Source: a virus
Length of the DNA: 64,000 nt
Direction: 5' to 3' (one strand)
UHGV virus genome: UHGV-0072281
Notes under the pieces: generated by a model
Database searches by the model: none
What the model saw: only the letters and a program-made list of their open reading frames with translations
What the model was told of the DNA's origin: nothing
Shown: positions 9,688 through 19,540 of the stretch, one piece after another
Numbering within the stretch: the first letter of the stretch is position 1
Layout of the letters: each line of letters starts with the position of its first letter
Program-made: the position numbers and the translations under genes

Positions 9688-10061
9688 TGCGTATCTGGAC
9701 GCTACAACTTGCTAAGTGGCGGTTAGCTAAGCAGAAAGGATTTCACGCAGTGGATATTACTGTGAAGTCAGGGCGAAAGGAACTCGCCCCCGACTGGGAT
9801 TTCCTAATGGCGTATAAAGTTTCTGCCCAGGACGCTACCGCTGAACGTGAGTACACGATAAAGTATTTGTACAAACTCGAACAACTGTTAGATACTGATG
9901 CCGAAGTTTTAGTGTCGTTACTCAGGCACGATGACTTGGTTTTGATGTGTTATTGTCCCGCAGGTAAGTTTTGTCATCGTTACTTACTGGCGAACAAACT
10001 TCAAGAAGTAGGAATGATATTCGGTATCGACGTTGAGTTATGTGGAGAATTAACCGAATGA
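9687..10061 (+). CDS. Hypothetical protein, possibly DUF488-like
   Basis: 124-aa ORF; motif LMCYCPAGKFCHRYLLA resembles the C-x-C...CHR block I associate with DUF488 (from memory, unverified). Confidence 0.45.
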   Translation: MRIWTLQLAKWRLAKQKGFHAVDITVKSGRKELAPDWDFLMAYKVSAQDATAEREYTIKYLYKLEQLLDTDAEVLVSLLRHDDLVLMCYCPAGKFCHRYLLANKLQEVGMIFGIDVELCGELTE

Positions 10062-10495
10062 AAGTAAAAGCAGCAGTAGAAGTTATTCCCAAAAAAGAAA
10101 TCGTAGTGTGTTCCGGTTTAGTATTCGAGCTGCCGCGCACTGAATGTTATAATAGCACCAATCCTGAAACGATAATTAGACGCCTTTCAAGACATTGCCT
10201 AAACTACTGTCAAGTTGTTACACCGACAAAGGATGGCGATATAGTCCAAGAACATTTGATTATTAATGAACTCGTGGGCGGTGTCCTTAACGGAATGGAG
10301 CTTGAAGAAGTGAATGGTTCGTTAAAGCTTTATGCCAACTTTCGTCCATGTGGACCACTGGGCAATAAAGTAAATGAATTTATTCAGTCACACGGGTATG
10401 TAAAGCTTAAACCACGTTTACACTATATCGATTCTAAAGTAGCTATGATTTCAGCTATCGATATTGACCTATCAAAACCTTCTGAAAATCACTAA
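10058..10495 (+). CDS. Hypothetical protein
   Basis: ATGA overlap with upstream stop at 10058-10061; track ORF begins at 10040. Confidence 0.5.
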   Translation: MKVKAAVEVIPKKEIVVCSGLVFELPRTECYNSTNPETIIRRLSRHCLNYCQVVTPTKDGDIVQEHLIINELVGGVLNGMELEEVNGSLKLYANFRPCGPLGNKVNEFIQSHGYVKLKPRLHYIDSKVAMISAIDIDLSKPSENH

Positions 10496-10526
10496 CCGTC
10501 CTTGATTTTCAGCTACAGATTAGTTT

Positions 10527-10572
10527 CCTACCGCCCGATTCTATGGGCGGTAGGTGTTTTATTTTTTTTTTT
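10527..10572 (+). terminator. Rho-independent terminator
   Basis: Hairpin cctaccgccc-gattctat-gggcggtagg followed by a long T-run. Confidence 0.8.
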
Positions 10573-10588
10573 GATCTTGGAGGGTTAA

Positions 10589-11152
10589 GTGGCCACATCT
10601 TACGTACCTGATTTGAGTCTGACCTCAGCAGAGCTAGTGGTCGCTTTAATCAATCATGATAACGGGTTACAGCTTACGCTAAACGAAATCCGTATTAGCG
10701 GAACCGTAACAAACCCATCACCAACAACTTCGCGTCGTAACACCATCACCGAAATCAGTAAAATCAGAAAACCGGATGGTGCGTCTGTTGTGGTCTACTA
10801 CGACAGACTTGACGCCGATGAGGTATTAACGTCTGAACCTATTTTGATTTCGTTAGACGGTACCGAAGCGAATATCCGTGACGTTCTGAGTGTTGTAAAT
10901 GAACACTGCGGTACGAACTTACAGCCTGAAGACTTACGCGTTTCTGATATTACTTCAGGTAACGATCCTATTGCCGTTAACGTTGCCGACGATTCACCTG
11001 CGTGGATGAATGCGTTTATGGTGACGTTATTTGATAAAACTGAGCGTGCGTTAGCGAACGAAGAAGATGAAATCTTCTGCATCGGTGACGATAGCGTTCT
11101 TACCTTTGAGGTTCCAGATGACGACTCAGCTGAAGAAAACCCGACTACATGA
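10589..11152 (+). CDS. Hypothetical protein, member of fibre-adjacent paralogue family
   Basis: GTG start with GGAGGG RBS; paralogous to 16883-17395 (shared PDLSLTS...NHD...YYDRLxA...GDDSV(V)LTF). Confidence 0.6.
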   Translation: MATSYVPDLSLTSAELVVALINHDNGLQLTLNEIRISGTVTNPSPTTSRRNTITEISKIRKPDGASVVVYYDRLDADEVLTSEPILISLDGTEANIRDVLSVVNEHCGTNLQPEDLRVSDITSGNDPIAVNVADDSPAWMNAFMVTLFDKTERALANEEDEIFCIGDDSVLTFEVPDDDSAEENPTT

Positions 11153-11357
11153 ACTTGATGATTTTTACCGGTAATGGAGGACAAAGCAAACTTTTATCAA
11201 GACTTAGCAAACCAAAATCATGAAAACGCGAAATTGAACATCGCTTTCACGTTAGAAGATGATGTATTAAAACCAGGGCAATAGTAACCCGCTTATAAAA
11301 AATTGGGGGGTAAACTACTCTCCTGATCTTTTAGCTCCCGATAGAGAATTAAATATC

Positions 11358-14300
11358 ATGGCTAAAGCGGTAAAGAAAATTCGTTTACACGATTTACGTC
11401 CATACACCGGTGATATCGGTGAAGGCGTTTTACTTTTCTCCAAGGATGAGAAAGATTATAAGTTACCAGTCCGTGAGGTTATTGCAGATATTGACACCGT
11501 ACGTAATGCGGTGGCTGATGCACAAACAGCAGCAGCACAATCACAAGAAGCTGCAACTCAGGCTACGCAAGCAAAAGTTTTAGCAGAAGCAGCAAAACAA
11601 CAAACTGACACAGTTGCGGCAACGGTTGCACAACAAGCGCAAACCGTAACCGAAAAAGCAACAGAAGTCAGTACAAAACATACCGAAGTGTTAGCCGCGA
11701 AAACGGCGGTAGACGCTCAGGCTGTGTCCATTAATGAGAAAGCACAAGCGGTAGCGACAAGTGAGGCAAACGTCACACAAGCAGAAACTACCGTTACGAA
11801 GAAAGCAGAAACTGTTGCCACACAAGCCGGGCGGGTCGAACAGTCACTTACGGCAGTTAACGAAGCTGTTGCGTCGGTAGAGTCGTCGAAAGCTGCCGTA
11901 GAAGCTAAAGCAACACAAGTTACTTCAGACAAAGAAACCGCAGAGAATGCGGCAACTCGTTCTGAGGCAGCCGCTAAGCGTGCGGAAGAAATCGTTGCTC
12001 AAGGTACTGTTGATGCAACAACGACCAGTAAAGGTGTCGTTAAACTTAATAATACCTTAACCAGTGACTCTGTTACTGAAGCGGCTACACCGTCAACGGT
12101 TAAGCAGTTAAATGATGAATTGCAGTTAAAAGCAAACCGTCACAACCCAACTTTTACCGGTGTGGTAAAAGCACCGACTCCTGCTTCGGATTCTAACGAC
12201 ACGAGCGTCTCAACGACTGCATGGGTACGGCAAGCGATTGCTGAATTAGTGGACTCTTCACCCGAGACGTTAGATACGTTATCAGAAATTGCAGCCGCGT
12301 TAGGAAACGATCCTAACTTTGCGACAACGATAACGAACCAACTAGCGGGTAAACAGCCGTTAAGTCCGTTACTGACAGCGATTGCCGCAGTCACCACCGC
12401 TGCAAACAAACTCCCTTACTTTACCGGTAGTAATCAGGTAGGGTTAGCGGATTTCACCTCGACTGCTCGCGAATTATTAGCGAAAGGGTCGACGGCCGAT
12501 ATCATCAGCTTCCTGGGGTTGAAAACCACCGTTGATAAAGCTGCGGGCGCTATGCAACGTAGTTCTAACGGTGCCGATATTCCCGATAAAGCCACCTTCG
12601 CGAAGAACATCGGGTTGTCAGCAGAGACGTACCTGAAGTTTAATGGGGAGATGCCAGTAGATGCAGACATCAACACCTTCGGCCCGGTTGAAGCGTTTAT
12701 GGGCGTTTGGTCTAAAGCCACGTCTACGAACGCAACAGTTGCAAAGAATTTTCCAGAAGAAAACGCAGTTGGTTGTTTAGAAGTTTTCAAAGCGGGTAAC
12801 TACAGCGGAAGTCAACGTTTTACTGTACGTAACGGTAACATCTATACACGTCATCTTACTGCTGCATGGAATGGGACAAACGGTCCTTGGTCAGAATGGC
12901 GTAATGTTGCTGGTTCCGCCAGAACGTTGAACGAACAAAATAATCTGAATGACTTGGGTGGTGAGGCCGCACTAGGTGTTTGGAGAAACAGTTCGAGTAC
13001 ATTAGCAACAACCGCGCTGAATTATCCTGAAGAAGGCTCTTTTGCCCAGGGCGTATTAGAAGTTCTCAAAGGTGGCAACTATAGTTACACACAACGCTAC
13101 ACTACCCGCAGAGGCAATGTATACGTTCGTTGTCTACAAGCCACGTGGGACGCTTCAAACCCGCAATGGGAAGAATGGCGCTGTGTTGGTCATCAATCTG
13201 TCAGCACATATTTCGAAGGCGATCTCGACACGTTAACTTCGCCTAACCGTTATAGCATTACTGATAAAGCGACAAACGTTCCTTTAATCGACGGTACTAA
13301 AATTATCGGTATCTTGGACGTCAGTCGTCGTTTTGATAACATTAGTGTCGAACAAAAATTCACCTCGTTTGGTTCTGGGAGCAAAACTACAGGGCGTATT
13401 TTCACACGTGTATTCTCCGGTCAATCAAACGGTAAATGGAGTGAGTGGCGAGAGGTTTTCACCTCGTATTCACTTCCGTTAGTTTTAGGTATCGGTGGGG
13501 TTGCAGCTAAGGTTGACCCGTTAGACTGGCAAACCTACGACTTCGTTCCTGGACAGATGTTAACGACGCCGTTGAACACCATGAAAAACATTCCTGCAGG
13601 AATGGATTGGGGTACTATTGACGGTAACTTAGTTAACATCCTTGTAGGGCCGTCTGACGACACCGGTACTGGTCGGAGTATGCTGGTTTGGCGTAGCACA
13701 GTGTCTGTTGCTAACTATCGCTTCTTTGCGGTACGTATCGCTGGTGAGAAGGGTAGTCGTACGATTACGCCGCGTCAGATGCCTGTGTTGAACGCAGCGC
13801 ACACCTGGTCAGAGAAACAAACGTTCTCTAAAGGTTTAGCGGGTGAATTAACCGGTAATGCTTCTTCAGCAACGAAACTTCAAACAGCCCGTTTAATCGG
13901 CGGCGTAAGTTTCGACGGCACCAAGGACATTGCACTCCCTGGCGTTAACGCACAAGGTACGCAGAACACCACTGGGAATGCGGCTACCGCAACCAAATTA
14001 CAAACGGCTAGAAATATCAACGGTGTGAAATTCGATGGCTCTGGAGACATCAATATCAACACCTTAGTAGGTCGTGGACGTGTCACTGCTCTGGCTGGAT
14101 CAAACAAAGGTACACCTGGTATCCAGATGTACGAGGTTTACAATAACGGTTATCCGACCGCGTATGGTAATTTACTGCATTTAGGTGGTGCTACTGCCGT
14201 AGGTGAAGGTGAACTACTGATCGGTTGGTCTGGTACCAGTGGCGCACACGCACCTGTTTATATCCGTAGTCGTCGAGACACTACAGATGCGCCGTGGTCA

Positions 14301-15674
14301 GAATGGGCGCAAGTTTATACTGCACGAGACAGCATTCCGGGTGTCAACACCACAGGTAATCAGGATACGACCGGAAACGCAGCTACCGCTACAAAACTTA
14401 AAACCACACGTAAAATAGGCGGGGTTAATTTTGACGGAACGGGTGATATTAACCTACCAGGTGTAAACCAGCAGGGCAACCAGAACACAACAGGTAACGC
14501 TGCGACAGCGACTAAACTCCAGACTGCCCGAAATATTGGTGGTGTGGCTTTCGATGGTACTAAAGACATCAGTTTACCTGGGGTAAACCAAACAGGGAAT
14601 CAGTCAACTACGGGGAACGCTGCTACTGCAACGAAGTTGCAGACAGCAAGAAGTATCAACAACGTACCATTCGATGGTTCGAAAGATATTACTCTAACGC
14701 CAAGTAATATCGGTGCGGCTGCCTCCTCAATGACTTGGTTAAATACCGGGGATAATGGTGCAGCGCTTAGTACAGATTCTTTTATTACTTTGTTGCAAAA
14801 TAACGGGGCTTTTAATTCCAGAACTTGGATAGCCCGATGCTCTTGGGCGTATGCTCAAAATGGCGTGATTCCAGATAGTGAAACAAAGTGCGGTACTATT
14901 CCACTTGCAGGCTCAGTTATTGAAGTTGTAAGTTTTGGGATGACCAACTACACCATTCGTATCACAACCCCTACGACGACATCGGTTAGCGGAGCAAAAA
15001 CCAACTCTGAGTTTATTTATTGCTATAATGGTAAAGATTATTCTCCAGGTTGGCGACGGCAGTATAACACTGTTAATAAACCGTCTGCTAGTGACGTTGG
15101 CGCTCTACCAACTGGTGGCGGTACTGTCAGTGGCGATTTGACGGTTAATGGTAAACTGGTTACGAAAAATGCCGATTTTCGAATTGCTTACGGTAGTTAC
15201 GGTTTCATTTTACGTAACGATGGCAATAGCACCTATTTCTTAGTAACAGCATCTGGTCAAGCTGCAACGGGTTCCTGGAATAACTTACGACCGATGTATT
15301 TTAGCAACTCTACCGGTCAAGTAACCTTCGGGCACAACGTTACTGGTAACGGGAACGGTTCGTTTAACGACGTACAGATTCGTTCTGACCGTCGTAACAA
15401 ACGTAATCTGGTGAAACTGGATAATGCATTAGACCGTTTAGAACTCCTTACCGGGTATCTGTACGAAGTTCAACATCCTGACGATGGATGGAATACTTCG
15501 GTAGGCTTAATTGCCCAGGATGCATTAGTTGCGTTACCTGAATTGGTTACTGAAGACGATGACGCTATTTCTGGTGAAAAACGTTTACGTTTGAACTATA
15601 ATGGTGTTATTGCGTTGTTGGTAGAGGGCATTAAAGACCTTCGTCGTGAGCTTAAGGAACTCAAGGGGAAATAA
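11358..15674 (+). CDS. Long tail fibre protein with C-terminal intramolecular chaperone (peptidase S74-like) domain
   Basis: 1438 aa; Ala/Thr/Gln-rich coiled-coil-like N-terminal region, about six copies of a ~30-aa repeat (TTGNAATATKLQTAR...FDG..DI.LPGVN), C-terminal block resembling the self-cleaving chaperone of endosialidase-type fibres. Confidence 0.8.
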   Translation: MAKAVKKIRLHDLRPYTGDIGEGVLLFSKDEKDYKLPVREVIADIDTVRNAVADAQTAAAQSQEAATQATQAKVLAEAAKQQTDTVAATVAQQAQTVTEKATEVSTKHTEVLAAKTAVDAQAVSINEKAQAVATSEANVTQAETTVTKKAETVATQAGRVEQSLTAVNEAVASVESSKAAVEAKATQVTSDKETAENAATRSEAAAKRAEEIVAQGTVDATTTSKGVVKLNNTLTSDSVTEAATPSTVKQLNDELQLKANRHNPTFTGVVKAPTPASDSNDTSVSTTAWVRQAIAELVDSSPETLDTLSEIAAALGNDPNFATTITNQLAGKQPLSPLLTAIAAVTTAANKLPYFTGSNQVGLADFTSTARELLAKGSTADIISFLGLKTTVDKAAGAMQRSSNGADIPDKATFAKNIGLSAETYLKFNGEMPVDADINTFGPVEAFMGVWSKATSTNATVAKNFPEENAVGCLEVFKAGNYSGSQRFTVRNGNIYTRHLTAAWNGTNGPWSEWRNVAGSARTLNEQNNLNDLGGEAALGVWRNSSSTLATTALNYPEEGSFAQGVLEVLKGGNYSYTQRYTTRRGNVYVRCLQATWDASNPQWEEWRCVGHQSVSTYFEGDLDTLTSPNRYSITDKATNVPLIDGTKIIGILDVSRRFDNISVEQKFTSFGSGSKTTGRIFTRVFSGQSNGKWSEWREVFTSYSLPLVLGIGGVAAKVDPLDWQTYDFVPGQMLTTPLNTMKNIPAGMDWGTIDGNLVNILVGPSDDTGTGRSMLVWRSTVSVANYRFFAVRIAGEKGSRTITPRQMPVLNAAHTWSEKQTFSKGLAGELTGNASSATKLQTARLIGGVSFDGTKDIALPGVNAQGTQNTTGNAATATKLQTARNINGVKFDGSGDININTLVGRGRVTALAGSNKGTPGIQMYEVYNNGYPTAYGNLLHLGGATAVGEGELLIGWSGTSGAHAPVYIRSRRDTTDAPWSEWAQVYTARDSIPGVNTTGNQDTTGNAATATKLKTTRKIGGVNFDGTGDINLPGVNQQGNQNTTGNAATATKLQTARNIGGVAFDGTKDISLPGVNQTGNQSTTGNAATATKLQTARSINNVPFDGSKDITLTPSNIGAAASSMTWLNTGDNGAALSTDSFITLLQNNGAFNSRTWIARCSWAYAQNGVIPDSETKCGTIPLAGSVIEVVSFGMTNYTIRITTPTTTSVSGAKTNSEFIYCYNGKDYSPGWRRQYNTVNKPSASDVGALPTGGGTVSGDLTVNGKLVTKNADFRIAYGSYGFILRNDGNSTYFLVTASGQAATGSWNNLRPMYFSNSTGQVTFGHNVTGNGNGSFNDVQIRSDRRNKRNLVKLDNALDRLELLTGYLYEVQHPDDGWNTSVGLIAQDALVALPELVTEDDDAISGEKRLRLNYNGVIALLVEGIKDLRRELKELKGK
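13850..14700 (+). repeat. In-frame tandem repeats inside the tail-fibre gene (coordinates approximate)
   Basis: Recurring nucleotide/peptide unit encoding NTTGNAATATKLQTAR-IGGV-FDG; repetition gives spurious antisense ORFs at 13880-14107 and 14360-14569. Confidence 0.7.
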
Positions 15675-15677
15675 AGG

Positions 15678-16220
15678 ATGGCAGTTGTTGAAGTTCCAGG
15701 TTATATCGGTTCTTCTGCAAAGGAAGTTACTGGCGAAGAGATGATGTCTGAAGCGATGACCGAACTCGGCGTTGTCGTACCAGGGATGATGTCTGAAATG
15801 GCAGGTCTGTCAATGGGTTGCTATGTAACGTTTGAGGAGTGGACTACCGTTGAAGATGGCCTTGATGTTCGATGGATCGGTGCGTCTACTTCCGAGTGGA
15901 CAGACGGCTACGGCAAACCGGTCGTTAAAGGAAAAATATCCGGGGCGAAGATGTTTGGTTTGAATGTCGAAGCGGAGCTGATCGGAATGCACTATAAAAA
16001 GCATCCGCGATTCCCTTGGTCAGTCGAACTAAAATGTCGCTGCGAAAAAGGTAGCAATTTCAGTTATACGTTAGACGGTGTAAGCGGTTCTGTATCGAGT
16101 GATGGTACCGGTACAACCGGAATGCAAATTCGTACATTCAAATTTAACAATTTCAGTGCAGCATTTAAGGAAAAGATAGAGCAAGTTGGTGTCAAGATGC
16201 CAACATCACGTAAATATTAA
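15678..16220 (+). CDS. Small Gly-rich protein immediately after the tail fibre gene (possible adhesin or assembly factor)
   Basis: 180 aa; paralogous to 16277-16780 (shared N-terminus MAV...G.SAK..TGE..MS.A...LG...P.MMS.M.G.SMGC). Confidence 0.6.
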   Translation: MAVVEVPGYIGSSAKEVTGEEMMSEAMTELGVVVPGMMSEMAGLSMGCYVTFEEWTTVEDGLDVRWIGASTSEWTDGYGKPVVKGKISGAKMFGLNVEAELIGMHYKKHPRFPWSVELKCRCEKGSNFSYTLDGVSGSVSSDGTGTTGMQIRTFKFNNFSAAFKEKIEQVGVKMPTSRKY

Positions 16221-16227
16221 AAGAGTA

Positions 16228-16253
16228 GCGTAGGGGTGACCTCCCCCCTACGC
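16228..16253 (+). other. Stem-loop (gcgtagggg...cccctacgc) in intergenic region
   Basis: Inverted repeat with 8-nt loop; no clear T-run. Confidence 0.3.
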
Positions 16254-16264
16254 GAATCTTAACA

Positions 16265-16274
16265 GGGGGGGGGG
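16265..16274 (+). repeat. Homopolymeric G10 tract 2 nt upstream of ATG 16277
   Basis: Direct count of 10 consecutive G; occupies the RBS position. Confidence 0.9.
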
Positions 16275-16276
16275 TA

Positions 16277-16780
16277 ATGGCGGTTAACTCGGGTTGGGTC
16301 GGTTCTTCGGCTAAGAGCGAAACGGGCGAACAGTGGATGAGCGCTGCGGGTGCCAAATTGGGATTGGGTAAACCTTTTATGATGAGTCAAATGGTGGGAC
16401 GATCTATGGGCTGTAAAATTTCAACTGCTGCATATAGTGATTCTTTAGGTAAGAAATGGGGTGCTGTGGGATCAAGTTGGCCATTAACTCAGAAAAATCA
16501 GGGAACCATTCAAAACGCGGGTAACTGCGGGGTGGGAACTTTAGTAGGTATAGAGTTACAATTAACGACGGTAGTTGCCAACGCAACGCCTACTCTAGCG
16601 GTCTATTTACAAGGCGGCAGGGCCTCTAACATCACTGCAAATCTAGGCGGTAACACTTGTGCGCTGACCTATCAGCAGGTTATTAATGGCCAACATTATT
16701 ACTGGACCAATAACATTAGTGCCGCGTTCCAAAACGTGATGAAATCGACCGGTACACTAAGAGATTTCAAAATTAGTTAA
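16277..16780 (+). CDS. Small Gly-rich protein, paralogue of 15678-16220
   Basis: 167-aa ORF; N-terminal similarity to upstream gene; poly-G immediately upstream. Confidence 0.6.
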   Translation: MAVNSGWVGSSAKSETGEQWMSAAGAKLGLGKPFMMSQMVGRSMGCKISTAAYSDSLGKKWGAVGSSWPLTQKNQGTIQNAGNCGVGTLVGIELQLTTVVANATPTLAVYLQGGRASNITANLGGNTCALTYQQVINGQHYYWTNNISAAFQNVMKSTGTLRDFKIS

Positions 16781-16817
16781 TTATTTTTCAAACGAATGTG
16801 TTTGAAAACGTAATCGA

Positions 16818-16827
16818 GGGGGGGGGG
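16818..16827 (+). repeat. Homopolymeric G10 tract in intergenic region
   Basis: Direct count of 10 consecutive G between genes 16277-16780 and 16883-17395. Confidence 0.9.
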
Positions 16828-16882
16828 TGAAGTGTTTTTAGCCAACATTTTATGTCTCCCCAACCGTAGGAGGTAAATATAC

Positions 16883-17395
16883 GTGGAACAATTCACGCCA
16901 GATTTGTCGTTAACTTCACTTAACATGGTTATTTCACTGGTTAACCATGACCTCCAACTTGACTTGCAAGAGAATGAGGTCGAAGTCAGTGACGTAAAGA
17001 CCAGTGACGAAATGGAACGTGACACCACTGCTGTTGTAAAGATAAAACGTTCTGGTAACAGAACGTTACAAATCTACTACAACCGTTTAACTGCAGAGCG
17101 GTGGTTAAACCGACAACCTGTACTTGTAAAAGTAACAGGCGAAGGGTTTAATGCGCACGATCTAATCGAATCCATCAACACCGTTTGTGGTGCTAACTTA
17201 CAAACCGACGATTTAACCGACCAGTCGTTCACGGTGGGTAAAGACGCGGTAATATTTAGCATCGCTCCGAGTTCCCTCGGCTACAAAGGTCAGTTCTCCG
17301 TGGTGGTTTTCGGTCCAGATGAAACACCGTGTGGTATCGGTGACGATTCTGTCGTGCTAACGTTTGACAATAAAATCTTAACCTTTGGAGAGTAA
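16883..17395 (+). CDS. Hypothetical protein, paralogue of 10589-11152
   Basis: GTG start with AGGAGG RBS; shared motifs with 10589 gene; precedes second fibre gene. Confidence 0.6.
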   Translation: MEQFTPDLSLTSLNMVISLVNHDLQLDLQENEVEVSDVKTSDEMERDTTAVVKIKRSGNRTLQIYYNRLTAERWLNRQPVLVKVTGEGFNAHDLIESINTVCGANLQTDDLTDQSFTVGKDAVIFSIAPSSLGYKGQFSVVVFGPDETPCGIGDDSVVLTFDNKILTFGE

Positions 17396-17398
17396 TAG

Positions 17399-19531
17399 AT
17401 GAGTCAGCCAATTGGAAAGAAGCGTATTCATGAGCTGGAAACATTTGAAGGTGAATTAGCAGGAGTCGTTCTGCTGATGTCCAAAGACGACAAAGAATAT
17501 AAACTTGACGCATCTCGTTTACAAAACGATAAGCTGTATCTAGCTTGCGGTACACCTTTTCCTAAACTAGTATTCCAAAACGATAAAACACTTTACAATA
17601 TTAATCCGTACAGTGACTACGACACTTATGAAGTTTCTGCAAATAAAGGTCGGGTATCTAAAGTTACTCGTGCCACATTTAGCGTGATGGCTGGGTCTTT
17701 ATCGGTTGGCGAGAAAATACAACTTACAGTTACGCGCAATGGCGTACCATTTCAATTTGAAGTTACCGTATCGGGACCGCGTATCACTACTCCCACTTGG
17801 ACACTTCCAGTTAATGGCGGTAAATTGAGCGTAACGCCAACCTTTGAAGTAACTGACTATCAAGCCTATCCATATACCAACACCGGTAATCAACAGACCG
17901 CTGCCAGTTGGGAAATTTCCACTAGTGAAGATTTCTCAACTACAGTTTTCCAATCACTGAACGACACCGTCAACAAAACAACCATCAGTATCCCAGAAGG
18001 TAAGTTAGAACCAGGTCAAACTTACTACGCACGTGTTCGCTTCCATAACGCAGTAACCGAAAGTGATTGGTCCGTTGTTCAATTCTCAGTCGGCGAAGCA
18101 TTTATTCAGCGTCCTGCACTGATCGAACCCACCGTAGACATGGTGTTAAGCGCATCGAATATTACACTTAAAACTGATGTTTTTAAATGGGTCGGTGACG
18201 AACCTGCGGAGACCCACGTATCGACTGACTGGCAGGTTACTTACGGTAGCAACGATTTTGACGAAATGAATAATCTCGTTAACCAATTAGAAGATGCGAT
18301 TAACCTGACGTCGCTTAAATTACCGTCTGATCGGGTTTACGTTAATAACAGTTATCGTGCACGCGTGCGTTTTCGTGGTGAGAGAAGCGTCAGTGATTGG
18401 TCTGAACCTTTAACGTTCCGTGTAAGTCGCGGGAACGTACCAACAAGTGAATTCCAGTCAATTTCTGCTTCTGGATTTACAGGTAATTCAATCGGTGCTG
18501 AGTTGGCATGTACTGACGACGGTTTGCTGTTTGCTGCTACTGGCGTTGCACAGAAAGCGAAATTCTTACATATCTTTAAGAAAGACTTCCCGTCTTACAA
18601 CAAAGTTGCCTCTTTAACAGCTGCTACTGAGGTTGACGCAGACAGAGATGGTCGCTGTCCGGTCAGTATGTCAGCCGACGGTAAGATTATTGTTGTCGGT
18701 GTTAGCGCATCTAAAGCTAACGAAGACCACGGCGAAGTTATCGTTTACCGTAACCCAGATAACGCTGAGTGGAGTACAATCAACGGAATAACTTTAGCGG
18801 GATTACCCACAGAAGGGTTCCATGGCCTTGCAGTAAAACTGTCAAAAGACGGCAATCGTTTGATTGTGGGTAACGGTACGAAAGTGCTGTCTATGTATTC
18901 CAATACCGATCAATTTGCTACACGTACGGCTGTGTCGCCGACACTAAGTGCCGAAGACGCCACTTGTGGTGGTATTGGTAGCATTGCAATGTCTGAAGAC
19001 GGTAACGGTTTAGTGCTTGGCGAAACTAACGGAACGAAATTCCACGTACTGGCTTGGGAATCGGATAGTTGGGTGACTAAGGCATCTATTACACCAAAAG
19101 ACTTGACTGAGAAAGCAACGATTAAAGTCGCTGCTTCTTCTGACTTGTCTACGATTCTTGTTTCTGTAGTTGAGACACACAAATACTACGTTTACAAGAA
19201 AACCGGTGATAGTTGGTCTCTGTTCCAAACCTTGGATTATACCGAACTGGATTACTCCATTACTTCTACCCGTTACCCGACGGGAGACATTAATGTTGCG
19301 CCTTCCGGAAGCTGGTTAATTTTCGGTATGGTGGGTTCGTTGGGTTCTATTTTCGAATTTCGTAATAGTACCTACCAACGACAAAATAGCATTTACGGCA
19401 GTAGTCTTAGCGATCCTGAGAATTACCACTTCTATACGTCACAAGCCATCAGTGCACAAAACGATTTGTTCGTCGGTGCTGATGTTAAAGAAAGTGCTTC
19501 GTACTTCCCACAAATCAAAGTTTACATGTAA
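17399..19531 (+). CDS. Tail fibre / tail spike-like protein with probable fibronectin type III-like repeats
   Basis: 710 aa; N-terminus (KKRIHELETFEGELAGVVLLMSKDDKEYKL) parallels N-terminus of 11358 fibre (KKIRLHDLRPYTGDIGEGVLLFSKDEKDYKL); repeated ~90-aa beta-rich units ending ..YYARVRFHN.., ..YRARVRFRG.. Confidence 0.65.
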   Translation: MSQPIGKKRIHELETFEGELAGVVLLMSKDDKEYKLDASRLQNDKLYLACGTPFPKLVFQNDKTLYNINPYSDYDTYEVSANKGRVSKVTRATFSVMAGSLSVGEKIQLTVTRNGVPFQFEVTVSGPRITTPTWTLPVNGGKLSVTPTFEVTDYQAYPYTNTGNQQTAASWEISTSEDFSTTVFQSLNDTVNKTTISIPEGKLEPGQTYYARVRFHNAVTESDWSVVQFSVGEAFIQRPALIEPTVDMVLSASNITLKTDVFKWVGDEPAETHVSTDWQVTYGSNDFDEMNNLVNQLEDAINLTSLKLPSDRVYVNNSYRARVRFRGERSVSDWSEPLTFRVSRGNVPTSEFQSISASGFTGNSIGAELACTDDGLLFAATGVAQKAKFLHIFKKDFPSYNKVASLTAATEVDADRDGRCPVSMSADGKIIVVGVSASKANEDHGEVIVYRNPDNAEWSTINGITLAGLPTEGFHGLAVKLSKDGNRLIVGNGTKVLSMYSNTDQFATRTAVSPTLSAEDATCGGIGSIAMSEDGNGLVLGETNGTKFHVLAWESDSWVTKASITPKDLTEKATIKVAASSDLSTILVSVVETHKYYVYKKTGDSWSLFQTLDYTELDYSITSTRYPTGDINVAPSGSWLIFGMVGSLGSIFEFRNSTYQRQNSIYGSSLSDPENYHFYTSQAISAQNDLFVGADVKESASYFPQIKVYM

Positions 19532-19540
19532 GGAAACGCG

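Noticed and set aside
11183-11293. 36-aa ORF in the spacer upstream of the tail fibre gene
   Set aside because: Weak RBS and no supporting features; left uncalled, though the spacer contains a TATAAAAA element that might be a late-promoter-like site.
11717-14569. Antisense ORFs inside the tail fibre gene (11717-11932, 12140-12409, 12434-12790, 13880-14107, 14360-14569)
   Set aside because: Fully embedded on the opposite strand of a long, well-supported CDS; products are low-complexity mirror images of the fibre repeats; no RBS.
13850-14700. Possible CRISPR-like or intergenic repeat array
   Set aside because: Repeats are imperfect, in-frame and coding (tail-fibre peptide repeats); no spacer-repeat architecture or cas genes.
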